Shown here piece after piece: positions 1-12,600 of a stretch of DNA of 64,000 nucleotides. Position 1 is the first letter of the stretch; every line of letters starts with the position of its first letter. The translations under genes and the position numbers were made by a program. Below the pieces are notes generated by a model. It did not search any database and was not told the origin of the DNA. It worked only from the letters and a program-made list of their open reading frames with translations. Source of the stretch: Asterias rubens (lineage: Eukaryota); contig NC_047071.1 of NCBI RefSeq assembly GCF_902459465.1, positions 10,354,001 to 10,418,000 of the forward strand, given 5' to 3'.

Positions 1-32
1 TTTTATCATGTTTGGTTCATCTACATGTACAG

Positions 33-1711
33 GGCCAATATCACCTAGCGTACAGACAGGTTGCAAAGGCAATAAGAAGGTATGTTTAAACATAGAATCT
101 TTGTTCTGTGTGTCATGGCGAATTTGTCCATCCTAAAATCTAGGGTATGTAAAAAGCTGCATGAAAGTAAATTCTGATTTGATCCTTGTCACCTTTTTTC
201 TCCATCAGACATCCTGGACTGCCTGAACTCTGGAGACTGATGGCTGAGATTATTCTTCAACTTATACCAGAGAAAGCTCAGGTTGGTTACCCTATGTCCC
301 CCCCCCCCCAGCCCCAACTTGTCTGAGGTTTTGATGACTTTAATGATTTATATTTGGTTTGCGGTAACACCATGTGTGTATCTTCTTGCCAGGTAGAGTT
401 TGTTCTTCAGAGAACTGTCTTGCTATATATTCTACTACCGCGGAGTCGATTTTTTCGGATTGTTCGAGAGAATTCTTGTTTCTGAAAAGAACTGTCCTGC
501 TTTTTAACTACATGTACTACCTGGGCGGAAGGTGTTTCTGAAAAGAACTGTCCTGCTTTTTAACTACTACCGGAAGGGGCGGAAGGTGTAGAAAATTGGC
601 TGCGACTAATACTTTAGTAACTGCACTACTGCGGAAATTGGTCTCAACACTGAAACCTCTGAACCCCTATAAATAGGCCCACTTCTCTCTTATCACTTCA
701 GTCTCCTGAGGATGACTAGAGCAATTAAGCTTGACAGATATATTTGATACCTGCATGTAACCATGCAATGCCATAAATCATATTAACTTTGATGATGTTT
801 ATACATCATCATCATCATCGTCATCATCTTCCTCTACTGTGTAGGGATTAACTGTGAGAGGACCCGGTCTTCACCCGCAATGACCGGGTTGGTGGCTGGC
901 CGCTGTAAATTGGAGACAGACATTTTTTGTGTGTAAAACGTGCGCATGAGCACAGCGTTCCTGTAGCTTGTCACAGTATGCAAAGGGTCTATAGATACAT
1001 TTTCAGCATGTGCGCGAAGTGCCAGTGAAACTAAGATGAATACACGTGCGATACAGTGCAAAGCGCAAACACTAGTGGTACAAAATGTATGGTGGTTTAG
1101 TAGCAATTTATTCGCTAGTTTTCCAGAGCCAGTCCTTTAGCACTTGTTAATACATCCCCACGTGATTGGATTTTGACAAATCAGAGTCTGTAAACTGTTC
1201 AAGGTATTTATTAATTTATCATAATATTATTGTGCATAACTACTTTTTGAGCTGTGATGGTTCAAATCTTTGCATTTTGATTGATCCGTTTTGGAGTGCA
1301 AAAAGCCTACAACTGCAGATCAAGATGCTCTGTGATAATTTAGGTCGGGAAAAAGAGGAGTTAATATTGAGCAAGAATTGTATTTGATTTGTTTCTTTAT
1401 TATAGGCAGCCGTTAAATGCAGTCATGCATCCATACAAGACAAAAAGGCTACAAAGGTAAGCACCATTGATTTTGTTTTACATACATTTAGCTTTACAGG
1501 TCAGGCCTGTGTAACTTATCCATTTGTAATCATACATACTGTGTTATTGGTGATGATATTGATGATGTCTTCTTCACCAGGGTTCAGTTTCAGTGTATGC
1601 CTTGGCTACTCTAGCGATGGGTCTACACAGCAAGTCTACACCCACCAGTCAGAGGTGTGTGAATGCCGCTCAGAAAGCTGTCCATCTCTACCCAGGTCAG
1701 ACTATGCTTTC

Positions 1712-1747
<36 letters not shown>

Positions 1748-3788
1748 ACATTATTGATTTGTTTTGTGGGGGTTGGATAAAGATTTTAGAATGGTTTCTT
1801 ACTGACACCCCCAGAGCTGACAACTCTCCCTGTTTACGCTTTGGTCATTTTTAAAAAACCACAATATAAATGTCTTGTATTATTATTTTGGGGTTGAACA
1901 AAGAATTGACTAGAGTGGGATTCCAACCAACGACCTCCGGATCAACGTGTTTTATTATTTGTTCAAACACAGATATCTTTTTCTACGTCCATCAAATAAA
2001 CTTCTATAGTTCTCTGTACCATTGCTATTTGTGTGAGGAAACTTATTTTCTCTCTTTTGCACAGACTCGCTGGAGAACTGGGCTGCACTGAGTGCCAGCT
2101 ATCTGTTACATGGAATATGGAACTCAGCGCAGACACATTCTGAGCACGTGGAAAACAACATGGCGTCCAAGCTGGCTACATTTGTGCATTCTTGGGGTGA
2201 GAATGTCCTATCCGAACATCCGACACACTAGTGATATGTGCTAGCAAAGTTTCCTCCTTTTACAGTTTCCCTTCTGATTTACTTCAAGGGTTTGGGTACT
2301 TTTTGTACAACACAAAACACAAACGTCCACCGATTTACATTAAACTTACCCATTTTGAAGATAATGGTAGTAGAAAGATTCCCTTAAAATATTACTTGCT
2401 TAGATGCTGTAGTTTTTGAGAAATGAGTAAAACAATGTTTTGAAAACAACACTTGAAGAAAGCCTTTTAATACACCAGTTGCAAATAGTTATCTATCTGG
2501 TATGATTGGGTTTTGCTTATTCGTTTTCTCCTCAGGTAAGGAGAGTGAAAATGCTGCAATTCAGAAATGGTCAGCATTACAGATTGTTGTTAGTCTACTA
2601 CATGAAGGCAAGATAGAGAGAGCAGATGCACTCACCAGAAAGGTAATCACATTTGGTTCATTTCATTCATTAATTCTGGTTGTGAAGCCAATGACTCTTG
2701 GAAAAGTGAATTTGATCAGAGCTTCCTCCTTAGTTTTCACCTTATTTCTCTATTTTACAGATTTTGAAAACGCTTTTTGAAATGAAAATTTCACATGTTA
2801 CATGTACATGTATAGTTTAATTTTATACATCTACACATAGTATTAAAACAACCGAACGGTTCCAAAAACCAAAGGTATACTTTGCCTTCAAGATAAAGAC
2901 CTCCTTTTGATTTTGTCCAACAGTTGGAGGTTGTGTATCAGTCAGATGCCATCATGAAGTCAACGTTACAGCTTCTACAAGCAGAGGCAGTCTGCATGCA
3001 GCATGACTCACATCAAAGTATTGAGTTCCTGAGGAGAGTCATAACGATGACCTCTCATCAGTCATCTGCAGCGTGGCAGGTACAAATGAGAGAGTTCAGG
3101 GCTTGCATTTAACACTATCCGTACACTTATCGTACAATAAGGGAATCAATGTGTGGTGAAGAGGTTTTCAACTAGTGGTTTAATCCCAATGAGGCTTGGT
3201 TCTTGATAATTTTACCGAGACGAAGTCGAGGTAAATTATCAAGAACCAGGCCTCGGCGGGTTTAAACCACTAGTTGAAAACCGATTCAACACACTTTGAT
3301 TTCCATTCATAAATACCTTTTTGGTTAAAAGGCGTTATAAAGTAAGAAACTCTGTAAAACTTATCCGTTTCCGAGTGCGTGAGCTCTGTATGTTTCCACC
3401 TCCATGGTATGTTCAGTATGCGTGTGTTGAATGTACATGTACGATGTCCGTACGCGTGTGCTTTCCGGTTCCGTTCATGCGCATGCGCGTATAGTCTTGG
3501 TGCATATTCGCTGGTTTTCCTTTCACACACAGGGCGGCCAAATCACCGACAGTGTCTGCATCGCCCGTAACAAGAAACGTCTTGTATCAAGACTAGCGCG
3601 GACAATCGGTTATAAACACTGGTCATTATCAACGGTTTAAACACCACCACATGGCGTGCTCTCCACCAATAGGAATAGCGAAACTGTCTGAGTTATTTAT
3701 GAATATGTATTTAAAACCTGCTATGGGCTACATGTAGTAGACACCAATTTGCCCTGTTAGCTACTAAAACTTATTGGTATTTATACAT

Positions 3789-3852
<64 letters not shown>

Positions 3853-6800
3853 AAGGTATTTATAAAGCGCTCTAACTAACAGGGGAAAGTACCACAGCGC
3901 TGTACACACAAAATAAACAAAGAGCAAAGAATAAATAAAAGCAAGCAAATCAGTTGAACAGGTGGGTTTTGAGAGATTTCTTGAAGGCTGCTAGTGAGCT
4001 AGAGTGGCGGATGCTGTGAGGTATCCACAACAGTGCAAACTGTTCTTTAATTAGAACTCTTTATTGTCAATAAAATGAGAAAGTAGTTTTCAACTAAAAA
4101 CAAAAATGGGGGGTTGTATAAAACTTAACTTTTATAGAGAATATCTATGTTGAGTTGTTTTGGTTTTCGTTTGATTTCAGTTATTAGCCAAGCTGTATGA
4201 GAAAGAAGGCATGGTGGCTGCAGCAGAGTCAGCCTACAAACAAAGTGTAGTACACTCACAGCCTGGGCAGCAGGTGGTTCCGTTTCTCAGATTGGCTCAT
4301 CTGGCTTTAAGAGCAGCTACGGTAAGGGTCCAGGCTACAGACAGTAGAAAGAATATTTAACACTCACAGCCTGGGCAGCAGGTGGTTCCGTTTCTCAGAT
4401 TGGCTCATCTAGCATTAAGAGCAGCTAAGGTAAGGGTCCAGGCTACAGACAGTAGAAAGAATATTTAACACTCACAGCCTGGGCAGGAGGTTGTTCCATT
4501 TCTCAGATTGGCTCATCTAGCATTAAGAGCAGCTAAGGTAAGGTCCAGGCTACAGACAGTAGACAGAATATTTTAAACTCACAGCCTGGGCAGCAAGTTG
4601 TTCCGTTTCTCAGATTGGCTCATCTAGCTTTAAGAGCAGCTGAGGTAAGGGTCCAGGCTACATGTACAGCAATAGACAGAATATTTAACACTCACAGCCT
4701 GGGCAGCAGGTTGTTCCGTTTCTCAGATTGGCTCATCTAGCATTAAGAGCAGCTATGGTAAGGGTCCAGGCTACAGACAGTAGAAAGAATATTTAACACT
4801 CACAGCCTGGGCAGCAGGTTGTTCCGTTTCTCAGATTGGCTCATCTAGCTTTAAGAGCAACTGAGGTAAGGGTCCAGGCTACAGGCAGTAGACAGAATAT
4901 TTAACACTCACAGCCTGGGCAGCAGGTTGTTCCATTTCTCAGATTGGTTCATCTAGCATTAAGAGCAGCTGAGGTAAGGGTCCAGGCTACAGCAATAGAC
5001 AGAATTTTTTACACTCACAGCCTGGGCAGCAGGTTGTTTCGTTTCTCAGATTGGCTCATCTAGCATTAAGAGCAGCTAAGGTAAGGTCCAGGCTACAGAC
5101 AGTAGAAAGAATATTTAACACTCACAGCCTGGGCAGCAGGTTGTTCCGTTTCTCAGATTGGCTCATCTAGCATTAAGAGCAGCTAAGGTAAGGTCCAGGC
5201 TACAGACAGTAGAAAGAATATTTAACACTCACAGCCTGGGCAGCAGGTGGTTCCGTTTCTCAGATTGGCTCATCTGGCTTTAAGAGCAGCTACGGTAAGG
5301 GTCCAGGCTACAGACAGTAGAAAGAATATTTAACACTCACAGCCTGGGCAGCAGGTGGTTCCGTTTCTCAGATTGGCTCATCTAGCATTAAGAGCAGCTA
5401 AGGTAAGGGTCCAGGCTACAGACAGTAGAAAGAATATTTAACACTCACAGCCTGGGCAGCAGGTGGTTCCGTTTCTCAGATTGGCTCATCTAGCATTAAG
5501 AGCAACTGAGGTAAGGGTCCAGGCTACAGGCAGTAGACAGAATATTTAACACTCACAGCCTGGGCAGCAGGTTGTTCCGTTTCTCAGATTGGCTCATCTA
5601 GCATTAAGAGCAGCTAAGGTAAGGTCCAGGCTACAGGCAGTAGACAGAATATTTAACACTCACAGCCTGGGCAGCAGGTTGTTCTGTTTCTCAGATTGGC
5701 TCATCTAGCTTTTTAAACCAGCCGAGCCCAAACAACAAGCAGCAAATTTGCTTATATTTAACAGCTGTTTTCATTATCAACTAAAGAGGTGACTCTAACC
5801 ATACTCACAACAGTTTTTATCCCAGTGCAATTAGGTAATTGAATGATTATTAAGGGAATCAATGTGTGGTGAAGAGGTTTTCAACTAGTGGTTTAAGCCC
5901 AATGAGGCCTGGTTCTTGATAATTTTACCGAGACGGGTTTAAACCACTAGTTGAAAACCGATTCAACACACTTTGATTCCCATTCATAAATACCTTTTCG
6001 GTCAAAAAACATCAACACTTTTTGGTCAAAAAGTAAAATAAATGCAAAATTATAATTTTTCAATGATTTCTTTCAACACAACACCCCTCGAGCTACGAAA
6101 TGGTGAGGCCCTCGGCCCGAAAGGGTAAACAACTCCTTATAAAGGAATGATGTGCGCGTCGCGCATATTGCGTAATGTGGCACAACTGTCCCGGCCATTG
6201 CTCTCGACCAATAGGAATGAAGAAACTGTCTTATAATCACAGGTGCAAGCTCGCGTGTCACGCTCATGTTTCAACACTTTTTACTGGTCATAAATGTACA
6301 ATAAAACAAACTATTGACTATTGGCTCAAGTTGTTAACGACAATGTATTATTGACATTGTGTTTGCATTCAAGGTAAGCAGTGATGAGCGATGGTTACTT
6401 CTTGGACTGGAAGCAACTACTGAAGTCTTGAAGATTATACCACACTGTGCTATAGCTCTGCTACTACAGGGACTTCTACAACATCATAAAGGCAATACAA
6501 GGTAAGGCCATACAGTTGGTTGTAAGAACAAACAATTTCCTGTCCTCTACATTTTTAAATATTGTATGAAAGTATTCGGTTGACTCATCTTCGTTTAATC
6601 TCTAAGTGAAGATGAATTGAATTGTATATATAATTGTGTTATTGTAGGGGTATCAAGTGTGCCCTCACTGTTCATGATACTTAATAATTTACATATTGTC
6701 TTAAAGGCAGTGGACACTATTGGTAATTACTCAAAATAATTATTAGCATAAAACCTTACTTGGTAACGAGTTATGGGGAGAGGTTGATAGTATAAAACAT

Positions 6801-8316
6801 TGTGAGAAACGGCTCCCTCTGAAGTAACGTAGTTTTCTAGAAAGAAGTAATTTTCCACAAATTTTATTTTGAGACCTCAGATTTAGAATTTGAGGTTTCG
6901 AAATCAAGCATCTGAAAGCACACAATATCGTGTGACAAGGGTGTTTCTTCTTTCATTATTATCTTGCAATTTCGATGACCAATTGAGCTCAAATGTTCAC
7001 ACAGTTTTTTTTTTTTTTTTCATGTACATGTTGAGATACACCAAGTGAGAAGACTGGTCTTTGACAATTACCAATAGTGTCCATTGTCTTTTTGAATTTA
7101 ATGTTATACACTGTAGATATTTGTTATTGTGTGCTCCTCAGTGTTGTTGTATCTTTCTAATTTGCATATTTTCTTTCTACACTTGATTTTTGTGTTAACT
7201 TTCTCTTTAGATCGTCCGTTTTGTTTTAAATTTTTGATTCGAACCTTCAATTGTAGTTAGTAAGTAAGTTTGCGGTGACACCATGTCAAATCTCTTGGTG
7301 AGTAATGGTCGCTCTGAGAAGAGCCGGTTGTACTGCTCAACATTTTGGTCAGTGTGCTCTGACCGTCTTCTGGAGAATGCAGTACAAACTGGCTATCCTC
7401 AGAGCCACCACTACTCACAAGGAGATTTTACATGGTGTCAACGCAGAACTTACTTAGCCTTTAGTTTTGCCTTACTTCAGTTGTATTGTATTATATTTGA
7501 CGCTCACTGAAAACATTTGGTTCAATATTGTATTGTGTATAGCGTTTTTAACATTTGTAGATTTTCATTTGTTTTGACCTATTGCCTGCTTGATTTGAAG
7601 TCTTTTTTTTTTTTACTACAATAAACCAACCATAAATCTTGCGGCCACTATGTGCATTTTAGGCACAAGGCACTTGGTGTTTGAGGGGTTAAACTATCTT
7701 TTTTATATTTTGGTCTTAATAGGCCTTCCAAGAGATGTTTTCAGCAAGTTCTTGCCATCTCCTCGGATGATAAGATGAATCTCGCTAGATCTGTGGCCAG
7801 ATTTCACATGATTCAGATCTTATTGGACAAGAAAGATCTCAGTTCAGCTCAGGTGAGATCAAATGTAGGCCTGGAATTGCCACCATTGCCCTAGTCTTGG
7901 CCCTTGGTGCTTGGTGCCCTTTAAAAAGGTTTTCCACTGACTTTAAAGGGGCACAGATTTCTGAGGGTTGGCGTCTGTTTATGAATGTTGCAACCAGAGA
8001 TGCAGTTGGTAATGGCTGTCACCTGGCCAACTAGATGGATTCAACGTTCGTGTGTAAATATTGCGACAGTTTTGCCGCTTTCTCAGCTAATAGACACCGA
8101 CTGTATTTAGCTGACACTTTCACTATGCAACTTATATCTTTCTTGATAAATTGTCCTATAAATCAGCATTACTTGTTGAGAAAAACCAATCTACAACCCT
8201 ACCTTTAATAAGAGATATTCTTGTCTGTTTTTACGCAGGTTCTGGTTGACGAAGCTGCTCAAGAAAATGATCTCAACCTTCACCAGCTTCAAGATCTCAT
8301 GTCTACTGCTCAGTAA
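33..8316 (+). CDS. SKIC3: SKI complex subunit SKIC3/TTC37 (TPR protein), C-terminal part; gene starts upstream of the window
   Basis: Phase-consistent GT-AG exons 33-79, 209-281, 1406-1456, 1581-1695, 2065-2196, 2536-2642, 2924-3079, 4181-4321, 6374-6501, 7723-7852, 8239-8316 (TAA). Translation includes AQKAVHLYPG, QKWSALQIVVSLLHEGKIERA, AWQLLAKLYEKEGMVAAAESAYKQS, FLRLAHLAL and EATTEVLKIIPHCAIALLLQGLL. These match in order the TTC37 C-terminus as I recall it ([75 protein letters not shown]). Confidence 0.92.
1712..1746. repeat. (TGT)n microsatellite
   Basis: About 11-12 perfect units; source of the spurious poly-C, poly-N and poly-L ORFs. Confidence 0.95.
3138..3705 (+). mobile_element. Foldback/MITE-like repeat with a ~75-bp-arm hairpin; second copy at 5851-6240
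   Basis: GGGAATCAATGTGTGGTGAAGAGGTTTTCAACTAGTGGTTTAA...TTAAACCACTAGTTGAAAACCGATTCAACACACTTTGATTTCC is present at both 3141 and 5854. The copies share a distal motif, ACCAATAGGAAT. Confidence 0.75.
3790..4030 (-). mobile_element. 3' end of an L2/CR1-group LINE with a (TAA)~20 tail
   Basis: The minus strand reads SSLAAFKKSLKTHLFN* (typical L2 ORF2 C-terminus), followed by GCGCTTTATAAAT and a (TTA)n tail (AAT repeat 3790-3851). Confidence 0.7.
4252..5712 (+). repeat. Minisatellite of 14 units (~108 bp; 13 full plus 1 partial) built from the last 70 nt of a SKIC3 exon, its donor site and 38 nt of intron
   Basis: Unit starts (ACACTCACAGCCTGGG) at about 4252, 4360, 4468, 4575, 4688, 4796, 4904, 5011, 5118, 5225, 5333, 5441, 5549, 5656. 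Each full unit contains G|GTAAGG. Confidence 0.97.
6701..7092 (+). mobile_element. Non-autonomous TTAA-targeting DNA transposon (Kolobok-type MITE), family A
   Basis: TIR AGGCAGTGGACACTATTGGTAATT / AATTACCAATAGTGTCCA(C/T)TG(C/T)CT after TTAA. Other copies lie at 35875-36245, 40115-40490, 40675-40852 (inverted half), 51783-52178, 57663-58046 and 60003-60432. Superfamily inferred from the TTAA TSD plus RR termini. Confidence 0.85.
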
Positions 8317-9643
8317 TAACAAATATACAGTTCTTATATAGCTCTTTATCTGTGTCCGACAGGAATCTTAAAGAGCTTGGTGGGGTGGTTGGGTTGGCAT
8401 AACGGTTTTTTCCTCAAAATGTTCTCACACAATTGATTTAAAATAATGACAAAGGGGTTGCTTTTTGAAAGCAAGAAATTGGGTTGCTGTTTTCGGACAT
8501 TCACTACCATTTTTATTTCCACAAAGTGATTATTTAAAAGTACAAAATAAGAAACATACTATGAAGTTACTGAATGGTCAGTTGGAAGTTGTTTATGAAA
8601 GAAAGAAAGAAATTCCCAACAAGAACTTTGCGGTTTTCAATGGGGGCGGGGGGGAGACAGGATATTTCTCAACAATACTTTTGGAGTTAAAGTAGAGACA
8701 ATGGCCACAACCTTTGCTCTGTTGGTCATTTTGAAAACGTACACTTTTGGCAAGTCTAAGTCGTGGCAAGTCTAACTACGTGACGTAAATGTGAAAATGT
8801 GGTATTAAACTTCAACAATGACGGCTATTATGCATATAAACTTTCTATAACTTGATATTATCATATTTTCATTTTGTGAAGTAAAGAACACAAAATCTGA
8901 TTTAAATTTCCATTCCTATAGTAAGCACTGTACATTGACAGCTTAAGAACCTTAGACATGTTAGAGCCAGCATAACTCCATGTTTGTGTCAAACTAAATC
9001 TTCCTCCACAAGCAAACTTTCCTCCATGTTTTTGAGATATTACTGAAAATTGGGAGCGAATAATATCCATGCAGGAAGAATAATTCCTAACTTCGGGGCA
9101 TAAAACTAACATCTTTTTACATAACCACATTACTTTCAAAGTGAATTGTTTCTCAAAATGCTTTATTCTGGTGAAAGCTGCTGTAGGCTTCTAACCAAAC
9201 GTTTTTTTGTTGCCATTAATTTTAAGAATGATTACCAAAAGCATACCTTCCCTTCAAGAGACCACATGGCCGCAAGTGACTGGTATCAAATACCCTTTGG
9301 GGCCACAAATGACCGCCAAATCAACCAAGATTTCCAAAGCAAAGGTCATGTATGGAGGTGATATTTTACAAGGTTTCCCATTTTAACATACCATCTACAT
9401 TTGAATACAAATAATAAAAAAATGATTTTCCAGAAAATTTTAGTGGATAACATTTTTTCAAAACTTTACAATATTACTAGCCATGCCTAGAAATAACGTG
9501 ATGATTACACTTATAAATGAATTGTCTTGAAATAAAAAAGGTGTGATACACAATTCAAAGGAGTGATTTATCTTACATTAGTCCATTTGTACAACCTGTA
9601 TGTTATTGACTGATATCCACTTGTCACTAATATTCCTTTTCCT

Positions 9644-12600
9644 TCAGTAGTACGGTCTTCTGGGGTTGTTCTGCAGAAAACAAACAAACAAACATTTTAA
9701 ATATTTTTTTTGGTTGAACAAAGAGAAGTCTGTTATCTAAAGTATAATGAGCTTGCTTGTCGTCGTGTGCTGAATTTACCACTTTGATTTCAGTTCTAGT
9801 AGTATGTCACATTGTCATGAATGTCTACAGACCCGCATTGGTTCCGGTTCTATGATCTGATGATTGTGTCACATTGTCATAAATGTCTACAGTCCTACAG
9901 ACTCGCTATGGTTCCAGTTCTTTGACCGAGTGTGACACATTGTCAGTTGTCAAGAAAGTCTTCCGTCACATAAACCTGCTTTGCTTTTGATTCTTTAACT
10001 GGGACACATTGTCAATTGTCATAAATGTCTACAGTCCAATAGACCCAACTTGGTTCCAGGTCTACGGTTGCGACACACCGTCATGGATGTCTACTGCCAA
10101 CAGTCGACCAGACTAGCTTTGGTTACAGTGCTTTGACTGTGACACTGTCAATTGAGATGAAAGTTCATCATCACTGAAAACCCCTTTGGTTCCAGTTCTA
10201 TGATTGTGTCAAATTGTCCTGAAAGTGTACAGGAGCCAGACCCAATGAAGTTTAAATCTTTCACAGTTTGCTTTTTTTCCAGATGTGGAACCTATAACTC
10301 CTCAACGAAATAGTGTTGAACTTGATGTGATCATGTTTTAAAATGATATTTAAACTCACCAGTGGGTTTGGTCTGAATCTATAAGCAAGCATCATCCTCT
10401 TGCGATATGCTGAGAACTCGTCCTCTGCATCTTCCTGTGTGAGATTGGAAGCTTTGTCGATGCCCAGGCCTGTCGTTGAAGTAGATGCACTGCCTCTATG
10501 AACATCAAAATGAAGGAATGGAGATAAGTGACGAATCAGGATTCAATGCGTACGCCTGCAATCCAACTACCACAGGGGGCAATTTACGAAGGAAAAATTG
10601 GTGTCGACTGAACAGATTGTTAACTGGACAATATACACACCGGAAATAATGTTTTGTCGGGGACTGAAAGAGTCTTAAAAATGTGACTGGTGCCAAATTA
10701 AAGACGTCAGATCACATCATTACTGTCTGCCCAAAGAGGTGTCTTCCTGAAGGTTATGGCACTCCGTCTTCATGAAAACGGGATTGAGCGGAGAAGCTGC
10801 ATTCACTCGACTTAAACATCAATAGAATGAGTCGGGTACATGTACAACACTCGAACAAGTATCGTACATGTTTGATAATGGTGCTTTCGGAAAAAATAAA
10901 GTACATGTTCGACCTTTGCAGTGAAGATTTTTATACAGAAAGGACCCTACATGTACCAAGACTGTGTAACTCCAAAACTAGAAGGCTGAGGTCAAAGAAG
11001 GCGGTGTAGTTCCTTCTCAATATCTAGATAATCTATTCAAAACCACTTTGTAAAGGTAGATTATTGCCTGGTTGTTAGATGACTTACTTATTGACAGGTG
11101 TTGTGATACCTTGCCCCTCGGTACCAAGTCCCTGGCCTTCCTCCCATCCAAGCTTCTTCAACATCTGATAACCTGTTGAGGATCAAGACCGTATATATTT
11201 TATTTTTTATTTATTTATTTCCAGGCAAACAGTACATACAGAGAAACAGGCCTGCGGATAACCAAAAAGCAAAAGAAATAACTATCTAAAGGTGATCCAG
11301 ACTTGACATAGACATTTTTATTTCAGGTCACAGCTCAAGCTTTTCTCCAAGACGATCAGAGCATACTGATCGAAACGTTGAGTCGTTTTAACCACCGTTT
11401 TTTTTCAGAACCAACACTACTGAAAAAGAGATATCCACATGGTGTTACTACAAACCTCCCTTTAGTTAAGCAAGTTTTTCTCAATTTTTTAAAATAAAAA
11501 CAAGGTGGGCCTTTGATACATACCAATGTTATCAGCTTGAATCTTGAACTTCTGGTAGTCGGAGAAGTCTGGGGTCCTGCCTTCTTTCAATGCTTCAAGC
11601 GTCTCAAGGAATTTCTCTAGTTCATCTGGAGGGAGGAAGTCACCAAGATGGTGCTTGCCACGTCCCATCTGAGTCAAAATCTCTGCCCGCTCTGTAGGTT
11701 TAAAAAAAGAATAAAAGCCAATGAGAAATGATAGCGAAATTGATACAATGAAGTTGGGATGACTCGCTCCTTGCCAACCACATACTGTTTGAAACGTGGA
11801 AGGAAAGGCTGTGATATTGAGTCCCTACAAGATTCTGTGGCAAGTCATGGTCTAGCGGTGAAGAGCACTAGACTTGAGCTTTGATTTTCTGGTCAGCAGA
11901 GTGTGGATTTGAGTCCCAGTTGAGACTATTGTGTCCTTGCACTTAACCATGCACTTAATGCACTTAACCATGATTGCTTCATCCTTCGGATGGAATACGA
12001 GTGCTATACAAGAAGCCACTATTTTCCCCGGTTAGGGCTTTCCTTTAGCATCTTTAACTGATATTTCTTCATCATCTTCTCTACGTGGGTATCTTCAGGT
12101 CTAAGGGTCACACTGCTCACTGCTTTTAATGACCTTTTTGTGTCATTAACAGAAAGAAATTGTTGAACTCTCATCTAAAAACTATTTCAAACGAGCTGCT
12201 ACAACTTAATGGTATCATGGAGAAATGCGTACCTCTGGTTTCCGTCATTTCTTGTGTACGCTGTTTATGCTCCCACGTTCCGCCATGTGTGTCTTCATCA
12301 CTGTCATACGCATACTTATTCTTCTTCTTCGTGCTGCCCTCTGTGGTTTCCTGTCTCGGCGCGGTTGACGCAATCTTGTTGTGGTATTTTACCATGGAGT
12401 CTACCATCCGTTGCATCTTGTGTGTTTAGTGAAGATAGAAATATTAAAAAGTCTGTTTATTATACTTCAATGTTTTCTTCAATATCTAATCTGACGATAT
12501 TATCATGATATTGCCAGGCTGTTAGATCAGTATGAAATAACACTGCATATATTGTATGGGTTTTTCCTGGAGTAATTCTCTAGCTGGTTTTTCCTGCCTT

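Noticed and set aside
1541-1854. ORFs with poly-Cys, poly-Asn or poly-Leu tracts
   Set aside because: They are readings of the (TGT)n microsatellite in a SKIC3 intron; only 1581-1695 is a real exon, in another frame.
4252-5712. CRISPR-like regularly spaced repeats
   Set aside because: The units are contiguous with no unique spacers, derive from host exon/intron sequence, and there are no cas genes in this eukaryotic context.
8317-9643. Possible overlap of the convergent SKIC3 and SUGP1 3' UTRs (AATAAA + at 9413; minus-strand signals at 9162 and 8512)
   Set aside because: Several alternative signals exist in AT-rich DNA (e.g. ATTAAA at 8804); this cannot be decided without 3'-end data.
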